64,000 bases of DNA. Source: Leucoraja erinacea (lineage: Eukaryota). The translations under genes were made by a program, and so were the position numbers. Positions 1-10,849 of this stretch are shown in pieces. The DNA is taken from contig NC_073394.1 of assembly GCF_028641065.1 (NCBI RefSeq), positions 23,994,001-24,058,000 of the forward strand, given 5' to 3'. The notes under the pieces are model-generated. The model was not told the DNA's origin. It saw only the letters and a list, made by a program, of their open reading frames with translations, and did no database searches. Every line of letters starts with the position of its first letter. Positions within the stretch are counted from its first letter, which is position 1.

Positions 1-208
1 AAAAAGGAACTGAAAATGCTGGTTAATATCAAAGATAGACACAAGGTGCTGGAGTAATTCATCGGGTCGGGCATCATCTCTGGAGAAACAAAAGATACTT
101 GTCAGTACTGTGAGGAAAGATGGGAAGAAAATAGGGAAAGTTAAACTGCACTTTCCCAAAATATGTAAGATTAAGCATGTGTGATACCATCTTATTCACA
201 CCATACAG

Positions 209-327
209 GTGCCTCTGATATCAGTGCTGAGCCACCAATGCAAGCTGCCGACTATTACCCCAGCAAAGTCACGGTGCTCGGAACTGGTGATTTGGGAATG
301 GCGTGCACCATGAGCATCTTGGCGAAG
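209..327 (+). CDS. UEVLD: UEVLD exon (Rossmann GxGxxG: KVTVLGTGDLGMACTMSILAK)
   Basis: cag acceptor 206-208; gtaaag donor 328. Confidence 0.88.
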
Positions 328-984
328 GTAAAGCAATCGAATCACGCATACTCCATGCGTATAATCGATCTCGGGCTGGAGTACCACTCGCTGGTGGTGT
401 GTATGGTATTTGTTGTACATGAGAAACTTCATTAGTCGGGAAGTGATCGTAATGTGGAAATTGCTGCCACGTGGATTTCACTTGCAATATGCACGGAGAA
501 GCTGCATCAATGCACACATTTGAAAGAGAGATGGATTGAGTGTGGATGAAGGAGGAGGGAGGGAGGAAGGAAGGTTTCTGTGGAGCTTAAACACCTGGCT
601 GGGTCAGTCTCTTGGATTTCCCCAAGGTTGTCACTACTTGCAGGGTTTTGGTAAGATTTGCTGAACCACATTGAAAATGTTCTTGGGGCAGTCAGGATAA
701 AGCCACAGGCAACAAGTGAGAGCAGAGAGTGGGTAGGCGAAAGTGGTCAAGGCTGGAGAGGGTCACAGGATGTGGGAGTCGATTTTCATCTGTTCAAGCA
801 ACTAGACAGTTGGTCAATCAGGTTCCAATGTGCAGTGATTCTGAGTGGGAAAGGCACATGTGAATCTCAGCTCGACACTGCATTAAACTCAGCTTAGATA
901 ACAGTTAATTGGCCAGCTAAAACTGACATCTTAGACTGAAACCTGTAGAATGAATGTGATACTGAACAGTTCACTATACCAGAA

Positions 985-1190
985 TGTAGAAACGAGGAAC
1001 TGCTGATGCTGATTTATCAAGGAATGGCAGAAAACGATGGAGTAACTCAGCAGGTCAGGCAGCATCTCTGGAGAACATGGATAGGTGACTCGGGGTCTGA
1101 AGAAGGGCCTGGACCCGGAACGTCACCTATCAATGTTCTTCAGAGATGCTGCCTGACCCGCTGAGTTACACCAACATTTTGTGCCTTTCC
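985..1190. repeat. Palindromic non-autonomous Penelope-terminus repeat
   Basis: Arms 1039-1089 and 1122-1172 are near reverse complements and match the termini of the Penelope elements at 49.4 and 55.5-56.4 kb. Related fragments at ~1-90, 1490-1620, 6385-6506, 8230-8640, 23100-23230, 28085-28200, 37340-37410, 43115-43510, 46490-46560, 54495-54600, 60360-60595, 61940-62110. Confidence 0.75.
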
Positions 1191-1295
1191 TCATTTGATA
1201 CAACTGGTGTTTGTATCCACTGAAAAGATGGAGGGGTAAGGTGGAAAACTGGAAAAATTAAATCATGCAAATTTGTTTTTCTCTTCCATTTTTAG

Positions 1296-1401
1296 GATAT
1301 TGTGGAAAAAATAGTATTTATTCCTACCACAGAAAATACAGTGAAGAGTGGAACATTGGACATGGAGATCTTCCATCTGCCCAAAGTTGAATTCAGCAGA
1401 G
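1296..1401 (+). CDS. UEVLD: UEVLD exon (DIVEKIVFIPTTENTVKSGTLDMEIFHLPKVEFSR)
   Basis: Polypyrimidine tract + tag acceptor; gtttgt donor; in frame with both neighbours; not in the ORF track. Confidence 0.85.
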
Positions 1402-1665
1402 GTTTGTGATTGGAAAATTTCAGTAGAAAATGTTTTTGTTCCATTAAACAAACTTTGAAACAATCCTAATCAAATGTTTGAAAATTAGTAATGAAAAGGA
1501 ACTACAGATGTTGATTTATACCAACGGTGGACACAGAATGCTGGAGTATCTCAATGAATCAGACAGCATCTCCAGAGAAATTGGATAGGTGACGTTTTGG
1601 GTCCAGACCCTGTGTCTATCTTTGTGCTTTTCTTTATTTCCAAGGCTCACTTTTAAAATTCCGGG

Positions 1666-2309
1666 TAAGCTGTGGGCCGAGCATCAAAAATGTGTCTAGA
1701 ATTCAACTTTCATGACCCATGTCTTGGATTTACATGAAATTTTGCACAGATTTAGATAAAATATAATTGAGAATAACTCGTCAGTACCAAAAGTTGCACT
1801 TATATATATATAATATAGCCCGACCGATCCTCCACAGCATCCATCAGCCTACCGACAAGCCTGACCGACAGATTGACCGACTGACACTGGCCCTAACCCT
1901 TGTTCTACATTTGTTATTTCTCATTTTTATTTAACAGTTCACATCATAACTTTATAAAGATAAAATCAATTGAAAAACAAAATTGAAAAACAAAACAAGG
2001 TTCGCATTTCCTTTATTCCTTCAAAACCTTGTTATTGTTTTGATGTAATGAGGAGGCAGAGCGACCATAAAACAAATCGCGGGATTGGTCAATTTGCGAC
2101 CGACCTCAATGTCAAATGTGCATTGATTGGGCAATTACTACTCGGAAAATTTGAGTTTTTTCTCACACATTTTAAAAAATGTTGCAGGTTTTGGTCTTGA
2201 TGAGTTCCAGGTATGATTTATATATTTTTACACAATATGTTAAAAATTCAGGTAATTCCGTGAGTTGGGTCACGAACTTGAACAAAAAAGCTCCTCGGCC
2301 CACAGCCTA
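1666..2309. mobile_element. Non-autonomous DNA transposon (MITE, ~640 bp)
   Basis: Terminal inverted repeats TAAGCTGTGGGCCGAG (1666) and CTCGGCCCACAGCCTA (ends 2309), with weaker subterminal symmetry; superfamily unassigned. Confidence 0.7.
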
Positions 2310-2572
2310 TGGGAATTTGTTTTGTGTAAGATTTTGTCATTAGTCAAAATGACCAAAGATGACCATTTGGGGTCGAGTTACAGCTAATTCATTAGTCGAT
2401 TTAAATCTTCTTCCCTTCAACACTTTGTTGACTACAGTAGAGTTTGCTCCTTTGATTCCAGCAGCCTCACTAACAACAGGCAGACATCTGCACATGAATT
2501 TGCTGCACATGGCTTTTTCCAGTGGTTTGTTCAAGACCCTTCCCTGAACTGATGACACTTTTCTCCCTCCAG

Positions 2573-2743
2573 ATTACTCGAAATCGGCGGATTCCTCTGT
2601 GGTGATCGTCACTGCCAACACCTGGGGTGGTGAGAAGTCCTACCTGGAAGCTTTGCAGAGCAACGTGGACTTGTTCAGGAGTATCATCCCCAACATCGTG
2701 CAACACAGTCCCAACTGTGTTCTTGTTATTGCCTCCCAGCCAG
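2573..2743 (+). CDS. UEVLD: UEVLD exon (YSKSADSSVVIVTANTWGGEKSYLEALQSNVDLFRSIIPNIVQHSPNCVLVIASQP)
   Basis: ccag acceptor; gtacac donor; LDH-like translation. Confidence 0.92.
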
Positions 2744-3031
2744 GTACACAGGCCGCTGGTGTCACTGGGAGATGGGGGAGAGGATTTATAAGGCAGTCGG
2801 AGGTAATAACACTTGTACAGGAAGTGTTATGGATTATTGATGCTGGTGATGTGTGATAGAAAAAACATTACCAGTTGTCTGATATTGTGGAAAATCCAAG
2901 ATAAAGTGTGTGTTTGGTGAGGGAGGGGGGAGCTTAAAGCCTATTTCAGTTTCAGAGAATAGCTGTTGTATTGGGCACATCATAGGTGTTCCATACTGCA
3001 TGTTATTTATCAATGGGACTTTAGTGTCATA

Positions 3032-3352
3032 CTAGACCAAGTGCAGACGCGTTGGGTCTGTTCCCCCAACGTACGCTTGTGGGGGGGGGGGGGGGAGGCG
3101 GCATGCAGTGTCACACACACTAACGTGAAGGGGCAGAGACAGAGAGAGAGACGCACAGAGAGGGGCAAGAGGGATGGGGGGTGGAGAAGAGGGAGGGTGG
3201 GTGAGGGGGGAATGGTGGGGGAGGAGGGGAGGAGAGAGGGAGGAGTGAGGGGGGAGAGAGGGGGTGCTGAGGGGGGTGAGGTGGGGAGCAGGGAGGGGGA
3301 GGAAGGGGGAGGGAAGAGGGTAGGGGGTGAGGGGGGGAGTGGGGGGGGGGGG

Positions 3353-3383
<31 letters not shown>

Positions 3384-4020
3384 TGTGGGGGGGGGGGGGG
3401 GGGGGGGGGGGGGGGAGGGGGGGGGGGGGGGGAGGGGAATGAGGTGGGGGCAGGGGGTGGAGGGAAGGGGAGGGGGTGGGGGGTGGGTTGGGGGAGGGGG
3501 GGGGGGGGGGGATGGAGGGGAAGGGAGAGAGAGAGAAAGGGAGAGAGACGGGCGGAGAGAGAGAAAGAGAGAGGGGTGGGGAGAGAGAGGAGGGGAGAGA
3601 GAGAGAGGGTGCCTTTTTACTTAAACCCAAACAATCATTTGCAGGCAGTGCTTTTTTCCCTCGAATTAACCATATTTTCATTTTCAAACCACATTATGGG
3701 TACTCACAGCTGTGGAGACATTTGCTCAGTGTTATTTAGAGCTCTGATTGAGGCACACCACTTGCAGAGATTGATTGAGGCACCCACTTCCTGGTTTTAT
3801 AGTCCCTCCCCCTCCCTCCAGCAGAGAGAATGGGGAATGTTGTAAAAACATTAATATCTCTGTCATTATTCATCGACGGGAAAAATCCTCGGCACACATG
3901 CGGCGGAGGGGGGCTCTGAGCGAGGTGGCCAAAAATGACGGCCGTAGATGGCAGCGTTCTCTCGGAAATTGCAGCACAGTAGGGCAAAAGCAGTCAAGAA
4001 CAGAGATTTAGTAATATAGA
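3032..4020 (-). mobile_element. Non-autonomous Helitron-like element with G/GA-rich interior
   Basis: Minus strand reads A|TCTATATTACTAAA ... CAGACCCAACGCGTCTG hairpin-CACTTGGTCTAG|T: TC start, hairpin + CTAG end, A/T target, no TSD. Confidence 0.75.
3078..3610. repeat. Poly-G / GA low-complexity tract
   Basis: Long G homopolymers at ~3340-3430; source of the spurious Gly/Pro-rich ORFs. Confidence 0.9.
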
Positions 4021-4431
4021 TAACTAGGTAAAGTGAAAATCCTTTTGCATACTGTTCAGTAACAATTTTACGATACAGAAGCACAATCATACATAAGTAC
4101 AAGAGTGTAGGAATAGTAGATTACACTGAGACAGTACACTAGAGTTGCCACATTTCTGACACCATTTTGTATGATTCAAGTCCAAATTGTTAAAAATGTA
4201 GAGTCTTGACGGCCAGTGATGTTGTGATAGTCCTCCAACGCTGCTCTGTTCTGCTGCAGGCCTTGTCTAATCCACGTGGTCATCCACGCTCACAGGCACT
4301 GCTCCTCTTCTCCATCTACCGCCGCCATCTTGAATCGTACCGCAGAAGGTCCTGGTGTGCACATGCTAGATGGGCTGAATTACCACATGTTACGTTGCAT
4401 GGTGATTAACCTTTGTCTTTTGTCTTGTCAG

Positions 4432-4605
4432 TTGACGTGATGACATATATGAGCTGGAGGCTGAGTGGGTTTCCTCCGCATCGTGTGATTGGGACGGGTT
4501 GTAATCTGGATACTCGCCGCTTCCAGTTCATCCTGGGGAAATCAGTGAAAATGTCACCAGCTGAAACGGAGGCCTGGATCATTGGAGAGCACGGGGGTAA
4601 TGAAG
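4432..4605 (+). CDS. UEVLD: UEVLD exon (DVMTYMSWRLSGFPPHRVIGTGCNLDTRRF...WIIGEHGGNE)
   Basis: tcag acceptor; gtatgc donor; 174 bp like the LDHA equivalent. Confidence 0.93.
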
Positions 4606-4816
4606 GTATGCACTTCATGAGTCACTGCACTGTTATCAGACTGGTTACTGGCAGATAATTCAAATAAAGTTATAGTGGGTTCTTTATGTGCCCTGCTATT
4701 GTTGTCATTTCCTCTCTATTCCCAGCTCTCTTAACTTGATGTAGAGGGTACAACTCTTTCTTAGAAGTATTGTACAGGTATTAAACCTTAATTTTTCACA
4801 TTCACCTCCAAAACGG

Positions 4817-4975
4817 ATGGTGCAGCTGGTGGAGCTGCTGCCTCACAATGCCTGAAAACCGGGTTTAATCCAGACCTCGGGTTTACATGACCACCCTGTG
4901 ACTGCGTGGGTTTCTTCCAGGTGCTCATGTTTTCTTCAATGTCCCAAAGACATGCAAGTTTTTAGGTTAATTTAC
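4817..4975 (+). mobile_element. tRNA-derived V-SINE (HE1-like) fragment
   Basis: A-box-like tggtgcagctggtggagctgctgcctcac and V-domain-like gggtttcttccaggtgctc. Confidence 0.65.
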
Positions 4976-4984
4976 CTCCTGCAT

Positions 4985-6125
4985 TGTCTTGGCTGTGTGT
5001 TTAGGGTTGTTGTCCTGTTGGAAGGTGAACCTCCGCCCCAGTCCAGAACGCTCTGTAGCAGGTTTTCACCAAGGATCTCTCTGTACTTTGTTCATCTTTC
5101 TCTCAATCCTGACTAGTCTCCCAGTTCCTGCCGCTGAAAAACATCCCCACAGCATGATGCTGCCACCACCATGCTTCACCGTAGGTATAGTATTGGCCAG
5201 GTGATGAGCGGTGCCTGGTTTCCTCCAGACGTGACGCTTGGCATTCAGGCCAAAGAGTTCAATGTTGGTTTCATCAGAACAGATAATCTTGTTTCTCATG
5301 GTCTGAGACTCCTTTCGGTGCCTTTTGGCAAACCCCTAGCGGGCTGTCATGTGCTTTTTACTGAGGAGTGGCTGCTGTCTGACCACTCTACCATAAAGGC
5401 CTGATTGGTAGAGTGCTGCAGATATAGTTGTCCTTCTGGAAGGTTCTCCCATCTCCACAGAGGAACTCTGGAGCCCTGTCAGAGTGACCATCGGGTTCTT
5501 GGTCACCTCCCAGACCAAGGCCCTTCTCCCTGAATTGCTCAATTTGGCCGGGCGGCCAGCTTTATGAAGAGTCTTGATGTTTCCAAATGTCTTCCATTTA
5601 AGAATGACAGAGACTGCTGTGCTCTTCGAGACCTGCAATGCTGCAGAAATTGTTTTATACCCTTCCACAGATCTGTGTCTCGACACAATCCTGTCTCGAA
5701 GGTCTACGGACAATTCCTTCATCTTCATGGCTTGGTTTTTGCTCTGACGCACTGTAAACTGTGGGACCTTATATAGACAGGTGTGTGCCTTTCCAAATCA
5801 TGTCCAATCAATTTAATTTACCACTGATGGACTCCAACCAAGTTGTAGAAACATCTCAAGGATAATCAATGGAAACAGGATGAACCTAAGCTCAATTTTG
5901 AGTGTCATAGCAAAGAGTCTGAATATTTATGTAAATGTGATATTTCAGTTATTTCTTTTCAATTACTTTGCAAAAATTTCTAAACACCTGTTTTCGCTTC
6001 TTCATTCTGAAGTATTGTGTGTAGATTGATGATAAAAAAAATGAATTGAATCAATTTTAAAATAAGGCTGTAACGTAACAAAATGTGGAAAAGTGAAGGG
6101 GTCTGAATAATTTCTGAATGCACAG
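4985..6125 (-). mobile_element. Truncated Tc1/mariner (IR/DR type) with defective transposase
   Basis: ORFs 5336-5752 (paired-like HTH, GRPAK) and 5066-5299 ([19 protein letters not shown]); further FQQDNNPKHTAK motif at ~4990-5025; left end CTGTGCATTCAGAAATTATTCAGACCCC flanked by TA (6126-6127); inner DR ~5910-5935; right end missing. Confidence 0.92.
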
Positions 6126-6761
6126 TATGTCTAAGAAAGAGTTGTACCATCCACATAATAGAGCAGATAACCTCGCAACCCATATGAATTCAATGAATGG
6201 GATGCACTATATCTTAGATGATTCTGGTGTCTAATGGGTTTAGCTGTTAATTGTGGCATGTTGGGAATTGTTATTGATTTAGGAATTGTCTTTTTTGTGG
6301 AATCTGAAGATTTGTATTAACTCAGATTGAGAGAATGAGGTCCATTTCCCAAGTCAGACATAGCAATCCTAAAAAAAATATTTAAGGAGTTACTGCAGAT
6401 GCTGGAAAATTGAAGGTAGACAAAATTGCTGGAGAAACTCAGCGGGTGAGGCAGCATCTATGGAACGAAGGAAATAGGCAACATTTTGGGTCGAAACCCT
6501 TCTTCAAAAAAAAAAAAATTCCCCAGTATTGTCTCCCAGCAAGGTTCCCATTGGAGCTTTGTTTTGCATACTAACTGTAGACTATCAATCTGAGAAATGT
6601 AAATGTTTCAAAACACTTCTAGATTTTTCTGCATATTTGGGAATGTGTTGACTCATTTCAAAAACACTCATTTTATTTTTGAGGATTTGATATAGAGGGA
6701 ATGAAAAAATATTTGAGAAGGATAATTCTTATAAACATTTGGTTTTGCCCTTGGTTTTCAG

Positions 6762-6855
6762 TGTGTGTGTGGAAAGGCTTGGAAGGGGATAATGGCCAGA
6801 ATAATAACCCGGATATGGTAACGGACCATGAAACATGTAAACAGCAGGCATACAG
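6762..6855 (+). CDS. UEVLD: UEVLD exon (CVWKGLEGDNGQNNNPDMVTDHETCKQQAY)
   Basis: ttttcag acceptor; gtacac donor; phases 1 and 2 fit the flanking exons; VCVW aligns to LDH VPVW. Confidence 0.8.
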
Positions 6856-6959
6856 GTACACTTATTCGAGTGCACACCTAAACATATTTTATTGTCTTCA
6901 TATATGAAGGACAACTTTCCCACAGGCTAAGTGGTATTCACTACTTGAATTAATTGCTT

Positions 6960-7270
6960 GAAAAGTACGGCATGGAAACAGGCCTTTCAGCCCACGGAGG
7001 TTGATCATAATGCAGAGACCATCACCTTTTTGCACTTGTTCTATGTTATCCCACTTTCTCATCCACATGATCTGCACACTAGGGGAGATTTACAGATGCC
7101 AATTAACTTACAAACCTGCAAGCCTTTGGAATGTGGGAGGAAACCGGAGTACCTGGAGGAAACCCACGTGGTCACAGGGAGAATGTGGCAACTCAGCACA
7201 GATAGCACCCAAGGTCAGGATTGAACCTGGGTCTCTGGCGCTGTGAGGCTGCCAGCTCCACCAGCATACT
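6960..7270 (-). mobile_element. V-SINE (HE1-like)
   Basis: tgtgggaggaaaccggagtacctggaggaaaccca V-domain in reverse orientation; CR1-like tail. Confidence 0.75.
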
Positions 7271-7439
7271 GGCGTGGACGGTCGTGTCTGAAATGCATCT
7301 TTGGTTCAATTCAATACAACACACTGCAAACATAAACATTAACTAGACATTAAGTGTAAATACTTTATTAGTGATTTTATCAGTAGAAACCTCTTGCTGG
7401 GGTTCACTAATAGTTTTCAGACCTGCATGGAAAGATTAC

Positions 7440-7705
7440 AGGGCATAGTTTTAAGGTGAGGGGGATAACATTTAAAGGAGATGTACAGGGTCATTATTTT
7501 ACGCAGAGTGGTGGGTGCATGGAATGTGCTGCCAGTTATCCTGGTGGAGTCAGATACGATAGTGACATCCAAGAGGCTTTTGGATAGCAGTATGGGAATG
7601 TATGGAATGGAGAGGTATGGACACAGGAGATTAATTTAACTTGGCATTATGTTTGTCACAGACATTGTGGCCAAAGGGCGAGGTCCTGCTCTGTACTGTT
7701 CTGTT
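7440..7705 (+). mobile_element. CR1 LINE 3' fragment
   Basis: gggcatagttttaaggtg...acgcagagtggtgggtgcatggaatg, typical CR1 ORF2 C-terminus and 3' UTR. Confidence 0.65.
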
Positions 7706-7854
7706 TTCACAGCTGGGGATAAAACGTGTCAATTATATTACTGCAGTTATGGATTTGATTCAGATTCAGATTCAACTTCAACTTTAATTGTCAGTGTACA
7801 GTACAGAGACAACGAAATGCATTTAGCATTTGAATGCTTTGTTTTATGTTCTAG

Positions 7855-7978
7855 GGCGTTTAAAGGGTTAAAGGATAAAAGTCAAAGGTCGTGGTCTGTT
7901 GGCTTGTCCGTGACTGATTTAACTGAGACTGTCTTAAGAAATCTGGATCATTCGCACTCTGTCTCCACGATGGTGAAG
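7855..7978 (+). CDS. UEVLD: UEVLD exon ([41 protein letters not shown])
   Basis: ctag acceptor; gtgagt donor; 124 bp. Confidence 0.92.
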
Positions 7979-8700
7979 GTGAGTGGAACATAATTAGGTT
8001 GCAAGTCCGCAATGACCAGGTATAGAGAATAATTCAACTTTTGTTGCTGCATCGGTGATTGGAAGTGTCGGTCCAACTGTTTGCCTTCAGTGCATTTCTG
8101 GGTAGCTTCCCTCCAGCTCTGGTTATGCTGATTCATGGATTCCAGTTTAAAATTAATATTCTGAAGGATTATTATTTTTTTTTTTTACTTTCACTGGATA
8201 TCTCACTCAAATATCTAAAACTGGTGAATCAAGGAACTGCAGATGCTGGTTCGCTAAAATAGACACTAATTGCTGGAGTAACTCAGTGGGCCAGGCAGCA
8301 TCTCTGGAGAACATGGATAGGTGATGTTTTTATCTGAGGAACTGAGGTTTTTCCACCTTGGAAGGAAGAGCAGTAACGGTCTTTCTTTCACATGACAAGT
8401 CCTGCAACATTCAATGGGCAGTCTTGCACCAACACCACCTGTTTGCAATATTTGGGGATATTACAAATAGTAAAATATTACACATGCCAGTGAAAAGTAT
8501 ATAGTGTCTACCAAGACTATGAAATCTTCGTAGAGTCTGAAGAAGGGCCCTGACCGAGAAGAAAGGTTGTGACCCACAATGTCACCTATCCATGTTCCCC
8601 AGGGATGCTGCCTGACCCACTGAGTTACTCCAGCGTTTTAAGTCTTTCCTTGGTTTTCCTTGTCACACTAAGGATTAACCCCAGTGCATTGTTCCCACAG

Positions 8701-8865
8701 GGCTGGTACGGAATCAGCAGTGAGGTGTTCCTCAGCCTGCCATGTACACTAACCAGGGCTGGAGTGGTCAGTGTAAGTGCACCAAAAATATCGGAGCAAG
8801 ATGAAGAAATGTTGCAGAACAGTGCAGCAACTCTCCAAAACCTCTTTCAGCAACTGAAGATTTGA
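8701..8865 (+). CDS. UEVLD: UEVLD last coding exon (GWYGISSEVFLSLPCTL...QQLKI*)
   Basis: cccacag acceptor; TGA at 8863-8865; 165 bp. Confidence 0.92.
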   Translation, partial: GWYGISSEVFLSLPCTLTRAGVVSVSAPKISEQDEEMLQNSAATLQNLFQQLKI

Positions 8866-8869
8866 GCTG

Positions 8870-9165
8870 CTTTAGACTTCGGAGATACAGCGCGGAAACA
8901 GGCCCTGGGACCCACCAAATTCGCACTGACCAGCAATCATCTGTACACTAACACTATCCTATGCACTAGGGACAATTTCCAATTTTACCGAAGCCAATTG
9001 ACCTACAAACCTGTACATATTTGGTGTGTAGGAGGAAAGTGGAGCACCCGGAGAAAACCCACGCAGTCACAGGGAGAACGTACAAACTCCATCCAGGCAA
9101 TACCCGTAGTCAGGGTCTCTGTCACTGTAAGGCAGCAACTCTACAACTGCGGCACTGTGCCACCC
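8870..9165 (-). mobile_element. V-SINE immediately after the UEVLD stop codon
   Basis: Same family sequence, reverse orientation. Confidence 0.75.
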
Positions 9166-9399
9166 CTGCTATTGGACAATTATTCGTAACAGCGAAGGAC
9201 TCTCATTGTCTTCCTGTGCTCATGCCTTGAGAGCATGGGCACTCTGCAACTGGAAGCAGTTTGCCTTAAATGGACTTGCAGCCTAAGGCACTTTATTCCC
9301 CACTGCCATGTAGCCTCTGTTTAACTCAGGAGATAGGCCTGATTCTGTTATTAACAGTTTCTGGTTAGGTGCACGTTAAATGATCTTGCATAAATTTAG

Positions 9400-9635
9400 A
9401 ATAGATAAAAAAGACACAAAGTGCTGGAGTAACTCAGTGAGTCACGTAGTATCTCTGGAGAACATAGATTGGTGATGTCTCATTTTGGGCCTCTTCTTCA
9501 GACTCTAGTTCAGACTAGAAGGATCCTGACCAAAATGTCACTTATCCATGTTCTCCAGAGATGCATGCTGCCTGACCCTCTGAGTTACTCCAACATTTTT
9601 TTGTGAACCAGTATCTGCTATTCCTTGTTTCTACA
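9400..9635. repeat. Palindromic Penelope-terminus repeat in the putative UEVLD 3' UTR
   Basis: Inverted arms ggagtaactcag...ctggagaacat and atgttctccag...ctgagttactcc. Confidence 0.7.
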
Positions 9636-10009
9636 CTCAGGAAAGCAAGTTTTGCCAGTAACCGCGCTGACATTCCTTAATCAAAAATCACAAGGAATAT
9701 AGATTTTACTATTACATACAACCCTACTTGGCATCTTCACGTCCAAAGTGATGACTGCAGGTCTACATGGCAGTTATCAACTGAAGGGCAGTGGATTGCT
9801 TTTATTTTCTTGGGGGGGGGGGTTATTGACGATTGTCTCCTTGAAACGAGTTATTTAACATTTTAAAATGTTTTTTTGTTAAGGGCCTGTCCCACTTTCA
9901 CAACCTAATTCATGACCTTTTTTACTCGTGGGCATTTTTCATCATGCTAGAAAAAATGCCCCGAAATAACGAAGGTAGACTACTTATAAAACCGCTCTTT
10001 GAGTTTAGT

Positions 10010-10205
10010 TTTGAGTTCTGAGAAACAGGGACAATTTTTAGAGGGCCATTTAACTTACAAACCTTTTGGGATGTGGGAGGAAACCCTAGGTCCCGGAGAA
10101 AACTCACACAGTTACAAGGGGAATGTGCAAACTCCACGCCTACAGGACCAGAGGTCAGGATCAAACCTGGGTGTCTGGCGCTGTGAAGTAACAGCTGTGC
10201 CACTC
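10010..10205 (-). mobile_element. V-SINE
   Basis: gggatgtgggaggaaacc...tgcaaactccac family motif. Confidence 0.7.
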
Positions 10206-10733
10206 TGAGGTACTTGACCCCTCACTCAGGGGAAACGTTCTCCCTGCATCTCTCAGCATCAGCCCCCTTAAACATCTTCACAACTCCAAAGAATTTTCCC
10301 AGTCAGCCTAATCTGTCCTTCTATGGCACACCCATCATTCCCAGAACATCCATTGCATATGCTTTATGGCAAGTTCATATTTTAAGAAAGCAAACCAAAG
10401 ATATGCACAGTATTCAAGGTGTGGTCTCACCAAGGTTCCATACAATTACAATTAGTCTTCCCAACTCCTGCAATCAGACCTTTTAATGGACGTTAATATT
10501 ACCCCTCCAAAATGCTTGCTCCTCCTTTACGCTGTCGTGCAGTGATATGTCCACAGCGACGTGAGGCGATATGAAGAATAAGAGTCTGGACAAGCAACAA
10601 GAAGTATCAAAATAGCGGTGGCTGAAGTTCATGCTGCAATTAGGCCTGTTTGTGAAATATATTGTCCCAGAATGAGACAATAATTAGAGCTATGAGCAAA
10701 TGCTTAAAACACTATACTGTACATGTAAAATAT

Positions 10734-10739
10734 AATAAA
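10734..10739 (+). terminator. Candidate UEVLD polyadenylation signal AATAAA
   Basis: First AATAAA I found after the UEVLD stop codon. Confidence 0.4.
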
Positions 10740-10849
10740 TAATAATGCAAGCCAGTCCAATGTAATTGTCAAGTCTCAAACTTATTGATAGTGGGCTGTC
10801 GCATTCTATTGAGCAATGAATAATGAGCAATGATTGTCACTTTGTCAAT

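Larger units (their letters stand above)
209..8865 (+). other. UEVLD: UEVLD gene, 3' part (LDH-like domain; UEV exons lie upstream of the window)
   Basis: Seven exons (209-327, 1296-1401, 2573-2743, 4432-4605, 6762-6855, 7855-7978, 8701-8865) splice in frame with GT-AG sites into a divergent LDH fold with the UEVLD-type [10 protein letters not shown] motif and ...QQLKI end; adjacent to TSG101 as in other vertebrates. Confidence 0.93.

Noticed and set aside
2966-3845. Long Gly-/Pro-rich ORFs (158-225 aa)
   Set aside because: Products of the poly-G tract within a Helitron-like repeat; no splice or domain support.
209-8865. A second true LDH (LDHB/LDHC) or an LDH pseudogene
   Set aside because: Open frame, intact splice sites, phase-1 entry with no start codon, and UEVLD-type motifs indicate UEVLD.
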